A DNA stretch of 64,000 nt from Candidatus Cloacimonadales bacterium. Lineage in GTDB: Bacteria; Cloacimonadota; Cloacimonadia; Cloacimonadales; JAFGVF01. The stretch spans positions 2,688,001-2,752,000 of the forward strand of contig CAXXJV010000001.1 of assembly GCA_963663475.2 (NCBI GenBank), given 5' to 3'. The position numbers and the translations under genes are program-made. This document shows, in pieces, positions 58,507 through 64,000 of the stretch (positions within the stretch are counted from its first letter, which is position 1; each line of letters begins with the position of its first letter). The notes beneath the pieces are model-generated. The model made no database searches and had not been told where the DNA came from. It saw nothing but the letters and a program-made list of their open reading frames with translations.

Positions 58507-61197
58507 TTATTTGATACTTATAAATTTCAAAACTTGACTTTCATCATCAGCATCAAGTTTAATCAAGTAAACTCCAGAAGCATGTTGCGAGATACTATCC
58601 CACTTAAAGTTGTGATTTCCTGCTTTAAGACTCAAGTGGTTAGCCAGTTGAACAACCTTTTGTCCCTTAAGATTATAGATTGATAAGGAAACTTGAGCTG
58701 GAGAAGTAAGATCAAAACTAATAGAACTTGCTCCCCTGTGCAGTGAAGATTTGTGAGGATTAGGATAAATAACAACATTATCCATAACATTAGTTTTAGC
58801 TATTGCATCATTAGCATTTGAGGTATTAATTGCAAGATTCACTTCTGTTACTGAGTTAGCTTGAACTTGGGTTTGGACATAAACAATTTTCTTATTATCT
58901 AAGGTAACTACTTGCTTGATAAGTCCATTTTCTACTTCAAGACTACCATCAATATCTTGCATCTCAAACTTTAACAAAAGATCAGAGAAGGCAATATTAT
59001 GAAAATTCACTACTTCTGCCCTATTGCTACTTGCAGATCCATTATTAGGAAAATCATAATTAACTTGGAAATTCTCTCCAGAAGAACCAGCTGTTACAGA
59101 AGCCTGAGGTTGTAAAACGCCATTACTAACCTTAATAATGCGATATTTTCTATTTCCATCACAAACAGCCCCAGTGGCTAAATCATAGGGAGCTTGACTA
59201 ATAGAGCCCTCATCATAATGAATATGACCACTTAAAGCCATCTGAGCATTCTGAGAGTATAGATTTATTTGGTCAGAAAAATCATAGTGATAAAAAAGAA
59301 CTTTAGTAGCTTCTGCTGAAGCTAATTCAGAATTAAGCCAAGTCATCTGGTTGTAAGTAAAACTTTCATCGCCAAAAACACTTGGGAGATAATCATCATA
59401 ATTAATATAGCTTTCGAGTCCGATAAACCTTATTCCATCATAAGTAAATGAATAGTTTTGAGTTCTGTAAGGATAAGAACCATTTGGATTTTCTAAAATA
59501 TCCCAACCGAAGAAGTTGTGCCAATTTGTACGAGAAGAGCCATCAGGCATTGGAGTATCTTGCCAGCCACCAATATCGTGATTACCAGAGACCAAGTAAA
59601 CTGGTGCTTCTAGTAAGCCTAACATATTCTTAGCTATAGAATAATATCGGGCATCTAAATATTCTTCGAGTTCCCCTTCATTAACAATATCACCAGTAAA
59701 GAGAACAAATTTTGGGTTAAGTAGGTTAATATCTTCAATAACTGTTAAAAAATCTTCCATTTCAGTCATATCATTATAGTAGTTGCTATCATGAGAGAAA
59801 AGGTGAGTAGGAAGATGAGTATCTGTTATATGAATAAAATACCAATCATCTTCAGGTATCTCTTCTATTTTTACAGCATTTTTGACATGATCTACGTCTA
59901 ATCCAGGAGCAGTAACTATTAAATCAAAGAGCTCATAGAAAGCTGGTTGAGGAGTCTCAACTGTTAAAATATGCCAGTCACTAACTGAATCATAATAGCT
60001 AGATACAATATCTAGTTCCAGACTATAATCTTCATATTGTAAAGAAGCCTGCCAGCCACTAGTAGTTACAGGAGCAGAGGCCCAGATTTCGAAACTTTCA
60101 CCAGGATGACTTATCTGAGGTACAGATAAGATAGGTCTCTGCACAGTAGTTAGAATATCACCCTCTTCTGATGAACTTATGGAAATGTTTAGATTACCAA
60201 AATTGAAAGAATCTATATCTTCTCCATTTAGAGAACACTCGAAAGCATAAAAGGTAGTATTCCCCATACCTATGGGATTAAAACTAAGGTTTAACAGGGT
60301 AGAACCACTAGTAGATGTTGCGTTCCCAGTATAATCAATTTCGATTGTATTAGAAGTACTAGAGTATTGACTATTAGAGAAAACTGCAGAAGTATAATTA
60401 AGGCCTGTAAATTCAAGCATATTATTATTATAAGACAGTTCAATGTGAAATGAGTTTATTTGAAGATCATCCTGATGAAAAATCTGTAAAGGAACATAAA
60501 ATTCTTCATCTTGATTTACAAAAATATCATCTGTTGAAATTGTTATTGGCATATCACCTAAAATAAGATCATCTGTAGATCTAGGATTTAAGTAATAATC
60601 TCCATATGAATAACTTATAACGCCAGTTAAGGAGGCAATCACACTGCCTACTATAGCATCAAAACCAGTATTCATTAAAGAAATTGCACCTGTACCTACT
60701 CTGCCTGTACCTGTGCCATCATTTATTTTCAGGTTACCATATTGATCATAAGATTCAATGATTTGAGCTTGCTGAACTCTTACCAAGACACCTTCATAAG
60801 CTTCGTTACTATTAAGCTGACCTGTGGTAATTATTGTTGGTTGAACTGTATTACCAGTGGATAAAAGTGATAGGTTTGAAATATCAGTTATTTCTGTAAA
60901 GCCCCAATATTCAGTAACTTCTCCAGTTAATGAGACTTCATCACCCACATTAAGATTTGAGTTATTATAAACATATATTCCCTTCCAAGCTCCCCCTTCT
61001 GGCATTGAAAGAAAGAAACGGCTATTACTATAATTATCAGCAGTTACAATACCAGTTACAGTAACGGTCTGTCCCTCATAGGGAGAAGGATAAGTCCCAT
61101 CAGAGCCAGGGTCTGTCGTATATTGCAAGTCATATATTGTTAGTCCATAAACATTAGAAACTATCAGCAGTAAGGTTATTAAAATTAATTTATACAT
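58507..61197 (-). CDS. secreted OB-fold + cohesin-like + metallophosphoesterase protein with FlgD/T9SS-like C-terminal domain
   Basis: SPYEGQTVTVTG.VTA; DTH, GD, GNHD, GHIH; YPNP...IYNLKGQKV...SGVY. Confidence 0.8.
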   Translation of the reverse strand: MYKLILITLLLIVSNVYGLTIYDLQYTTDPGSDGTYPSPYEGQTVTVTGIVTADNYSNSRFFLSMPEGGAWKGIYVYNNSNLNVGDEVSLTGEVTEYWGFTEITDISNLSLLSTGNTVQPTIITTGQLNSNEAYEGVLVRVQQAQIIESYDQYGNLKINDGTGTGRVGTGAISLMNTGFDAIVGSVIASLTGVISYSYGDYYLNPRSTDDLILGDMPITISTDDIFVNQDEEFYVPLQIFHQDDLQINSFHIELSYNNNMLEFTGLNYTSAVFSNSQYSSTSNTIEIDYTGNATSTSGSTLLNLSFNPIGMGNTTFYAFECSLNGEDIDSFNFGNLNISISSSEEGDILTTVQRPILSVPQISHPGESFEIWASAPVTTSGWQASLQYEDYSLELDIVSSYYDSVSDWHILTVETPQPAFYELFDLIVTAPGLDVDHVKNAVKIEEIPEDDWYFIHITDTHLPTHLFSHDSNYYNDMTEMEDFLTVIEDINLLNPKFVLFTGDIVNEGELEEYLDARYYSIAKNMLGLLEAPVYLVSGNHDIGGWQDTPMPDGSSRTNWHNFFGWDILENPNGSYPYRTQNYSFTYDGIRFIGLESYINYDDYLPSVFGDESFTYNQMTWLNSELASAEATKVLFYHYDFSDQINLYSQNAQMALSGHIHYDEGSISQAPYDLATGAVCDGNRKYRIIKVSNGVLQPQASVTAGSSGENFQVNYDFPNNGSASSNRAEVVNFHNIAFSDLLLKFEMQDIDGSLEVENGLIKQVVTLDNKKIVYVQTQVQANSVTEVNLAINTSNANDAIAKTNVMDNVVIYPNPHKSSLHRGASSISFDLTSPAQVSLSIYNLKGQKVVQLANHLSLKAGNHNFKWDSISQHASGVYLIKLDADDESQVLKFISIK

Positions 61198-61253
61198 AAG
61201 ATCTCCAATTTTTTTTACAAGCTTATATTAGCTGATATTTAGTCAATAATTCT

Positions 61254-62150
61254 TTAAAATTTCTTTTGATAAGAATGGCAATAAGGCAGACTTCCCTTCA
61301 TATCATAATAGTCTTGATGATAATTCTCAGCCTGATAAAACTCTTGAGCAGGTTGGACCTTAGTAACTACATCATAACCCTTGCCTTTTAGTATATCAAT
61401 CAGCTTGCTAGCAATATCTTTTTCTGCTTGAGAAGAATAGAATATAACAGATCTATACTGTTGTCCAATATCTGGTCCTTGACGATCAAGTTGAGTTGGA
61501 TCATGAATTTCAAAGAAGTATTTTGCTAGTTCTTCATAAGTTATTTTATTAGGATCATAAACCACTTCTGTTGTCTCAATATGACCTGTTCCTCCCTTAA
61601 CCACTTCATAATAACCTGGATTAGCAACATGGCCACCCATAAAGCCAACTGAAGAGGAGATAACCCCTTCTAATTGTTGAAGATAATATTCCACACCCCA
61701 GAAGCAACCACCAGCAAAATATGCTTTAGCTGGACTTACTTTTTCTTGGAAAGTTAAAGAAACAGAATTGACACAATGTCTAATATTCTTATCAGTAAAA
61801 CCCTCGCCAACAAAGACATGACCTAAATGACCACCACAGTTAGCACAGACAATTTCAGTTCTAATACCATCTTTATCAGGAACTTCCTTAACTCTTCCAG
61901 GGATAGCATCATCAAAACTTGGCCAGCCACAATTAGAATGAAACTTTGCTGAAGACTCAAATAGCTCACTTCCGCATTTTTTACAGTGGTAAGAGCCATC
62001 TTCAAAATGATCAACATATTCACCAGTGAAAGGGGCTTCAGTACCTTTATTCTCTATCACATATTTCTCAAGATCAGTTAGTTTATTATCTTTACTATAC
62101 ATAATTATTGCTCCTATTATCATGAGTAATATCAAAATTATTTTTTTCAT
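61254..62150 (-). CDS. msrBA: bifunctional methionine sulfoxide reductase MsrB-MsrA
   Basis: GTEAPFTG, GWPSF, HLGHVF, RHCVNS; GGCFWGVE, AE.YHQDY. Confidence 0.95.
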   Translation of the reverse strand: MKKIILILLMIIGAIIMYSKDNKLTDLEKYVIENKGTEAPFTGEYVDHFEDGSYHCKKCGSELFESSAKFHSNCGWPSFDDAIPGRVKEVPDKDGIRTEIVCANCGGHLGHVFVGEGFTDKNIRHCVNSVSLTFQEKVSPAKAYFAGGCFWGVEYYLQQLEGVISSSVGFMGGHVANPGYYEVVKGGTGHIETTEVVYDPNKITYEELAKYFFEIHDPTQLDRQGPDIGQQYRSVIFYSSQAEKDIASKLIDILKGKGYDVVTKVQPAQEFYQAENYHQDYYDMKGSLPYCHSYQKKF

Positions 62151-62454
62151 ATTTCCCTCACTTTTTATTCTATAATCCCAAAAAGTTTTTCAGAATTTTA
62201 AGGTTGAATACCCATTCTTATAACAAATCTCTTACAGAATTTAATCATTAATTTTCAAGAAAATCATGTAGCTTGCTTTTGCAGAAAAATATTAAGATTT
62301 TCTCTTAATTCTACAGGACTATAATCAATAATATATTGTAATTATTATAAAATGCAATAAGATTTCTTGGCTTACTACAAGATAAATTAAACTTTATTTA
62401 TAACCCTTCATAATATTTAAGAGGTCATTTTTATGAATTTGGTCCATTATTTCG

Positions 62455-62679
62455 AAAAAAAATGGCTCTTGTTCAAGTCTGCTGGTAAATAGGAGACTTT
62501 CATTATAGCATATTGCTTGAATAATAGAAAGTTACAAGTAAGATTATATGAAGAGTGACGGGAGTTGCTCACGGAGTAGCGACTTCCGACACTCTGGATT
62601 TTTGATGAATCAATATAGTAATGAAATATTTTCATTTTCCGATATTATCCCACCAGACTTGTACTTGAGTCTTTTTTTT
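62455..62679. repeat. ~225-bp imperfect fold-back element
   Basis: 62455-62485 inverse of 62650-62679; inner arms; GC hairpin 62552-62595 at centre. Confidence 0.6.
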
Positions 62680-62703
62680 CCGTTTGGATATTTGACAGAA
62701 AGG

Positions 62704-62811
62704 AAGATGCCAGCAAGGATGCTGGCGTTCCCAGTATTAGGAAGATGCCAGCAAGCAAGGATGCTGGCGTTCCCAGTGTTAGGAAAATACTGGCAAGGAT
62801 GCTGGCGCTCT
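62704..62811 (+). repeat. three host copies of the GCnnGC-hairpin+GTTCCCAG repeat
   Basis: gatgccagcaaggatgctggcgttcccagt and two variants. Confidence 0.85.
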
Positions 62812-62903
62812 TAGTTTTGGTAGGCAGACAAGGTGTCAATGGAAGTTTAAACTGGTACACTTTTGGAAGTCATAACTGGTACACTGTTGTAAACATTTTT
62901 TTT

Positions 62904-63632
62904 CTACATTTTTCCTTTCATTCGATAGCTATTTCCATCGATCAGGATAGTTTCAGCATGATGGACTAATCTGTCGACTATTGCTGTAGTGATAACATTA
63001 TCTCCAAAAGATTCTCCCCATTCTTGAAAAAGTCTGTTTGAGGTTATTATGACTGATCTGAATTCATAAAGTTCATTAACAAGCTTAAAGAATAAACTTG
63101 CATTAACTGCCTTAATAGGTAAATATCCTATTTCATCAATAATGATTAAATCATTTTTTACTAATTTAGATATCCACTTTTTAAAATCATTTTCATTATT
63201 GGCTATAATCATTTCATCGATTAATTCATTCATATTGTAAAATATTACCTTGTATCCTTTCAAAATAGCTTCATATCCCAAGGCAATAGATATATGCGTC
63301 TTACCAACCCCTGGAGGTCCCATTAATATTTTGTTTTCTCTGTTATCGATCCAATTAAACTCCTTCCACTCTGTTATCATTCTTTTAGTTACTGAATGCT
63401 GATATTTAAAATCGAACTCATCAAAATTCTTTAATATTGGGAAATTTGCCCTTCTTAATTGCAAAGATATCAATGTCTGATTTCTGCTATTGCATTCATT
63501 TTCAATAACATAAGATAAAAAACTAAGATATGATAATTCTTTATCTTGTGCATATTTTAAATATGATTCTAAATTATTAATTGTATGTCTGCATCTAATT
63601 CTTAATAAATTTTTCCTTAAATTTTCTATCAT
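62904..63632 (-). CDS. istB: IS21 helper ATPase IstB
   Basis: GPPGVGKTH, IIDEIGY, YE.RS.IITSN, AIVDRLVHHA, G.SYR. Confidence 0.95.
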   Translation of the reverse strand: MIENLRKNLLRIRCRHTINNLESYLKYAQDKELSYLSFLSYVIENECNSRNQTLISLQLRRANFPILKNFDEFDFKYQHSVTKRMITEWKEFNWIDNRENKILMGPPGVGKTHISIALGYEAILKGYKVIFYNMNELIDEMIIANNENDFKKWISKLVKNDLIIIDEIGYLPIKAVNASLFFKLVNELYEFRSVIITSNRLFQEWGESFGDNVITTAIVDRLVHHAETILIDGNSYRMKGKM

Positions 63633-64000
63633 TTTATTATCCTATCATATATTGATAAATCTCTTTGAATTAAAGATTTTTTAGTGTTTTCTTGATTGTA
63701 TGAATTAGCCTTTTTGATGTTTAGCAATTTGTATTTTTTGTTTTCTTCATTAACTATACTTTCAATTTTAGTTGCTCTTATATCTTCTAATTTAAGAACT
63801 TTGGAAATTATTATTGACCAATTAAGATGTTTATTATTATTAATAAATTTAAGTAATGCTAAAAGTTGCTCTCTTGGATTTTTGCTGTTGTTTGAAATAA
63901 GAGAATCTAGCAAAATGGAGATATTAATCTTATTGGGGAATAATGCCTTAATTTCTTCTTTTAATTTCTCAATTGTTTGAGAATAATCGATATAATGACA
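63629..64000 (-). CDS. istA: IS21 transposase IstA, C-terminal part (truncated by window)
   Basis: frame open to the window edge; ends R.L..YD; ATGA overlap with istB. Confidence 0.75.
   Translation of the reverse strand, partial: CHYIDYSQTIEKLKEEIKALFPNKINISILLDSLISNNSKNPREQLLALLKFINNNKHLNWSIIISKVLKLEDIRATKIESIVNEENKKYKLLNIKKANSYNQENTKKSLIQRDLSIYDRIIK

Larger units (their letters stand above)
62834..64000 (-). mobile_element. IS21-family insertion sequence (partial)
   Basis: end TGTCAAT at 62834 with tandem TGGAAGT..AACTGGTACACT repeats; istB plus istA 3' end. Confidence 0.9.

Noticed and set aside
62447-62969. Short ORFs 62447-62635, 62548-62814, 62645-62860, 62745-62969
   Set aside because: Composed of palindromic repeats and the IS end (RMLAFPV repeats); not credible genes.

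Overview
The window has three parts. (1) 1-~22.9 kb is the right-hand part of a Mu-like (transposable) prophage with a non-contractile tail. It contains small early genes, a Phg_2220_C-type protein, an ORF6N antirepressor-like gene behind a structured leader, a leftward packaging/head-completion operon, and a rightward ClpP-capsid-tail-lysis-tape-measure operon. It ends in five 22-bp putative transposase-binding sites. (2) ~23-62.4 kb is AT-rich host chromosome, probably of an anaerobe of the FCB group such as Cloacimonadota (inference only). It carries a DUF134/MinD-ferredoxin/NifX operon, mutL-miaA, an ABC/M1 peptidase pair, tRNA-Pro(GGG), histidine kinases, a CHASE2 cyclase-FecR cluster, ddl, tkt, msrBA and five ~164-bp MITE copies. 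(3) The end of an IS21-family element. The most unusual signals are: (a) a single portal + MuF + PBECR-like nuclease ORF with no downstream immunity ORF, facing a promoter- and terminator-bounded structured non-coding unit with two 21-nt direct repeats; (b) several families of short GC-rich palindromic or tandem repeats, concentrated in the prophage, all in one orientation and repeatedly translated in-frame inside phage proteins; (c) a c4-like RNA leader on the antirepressor gene; (d) a dam-type methylase with a +1 break at codon 3. All product calls come from motif recognition by eye; no searches were run.
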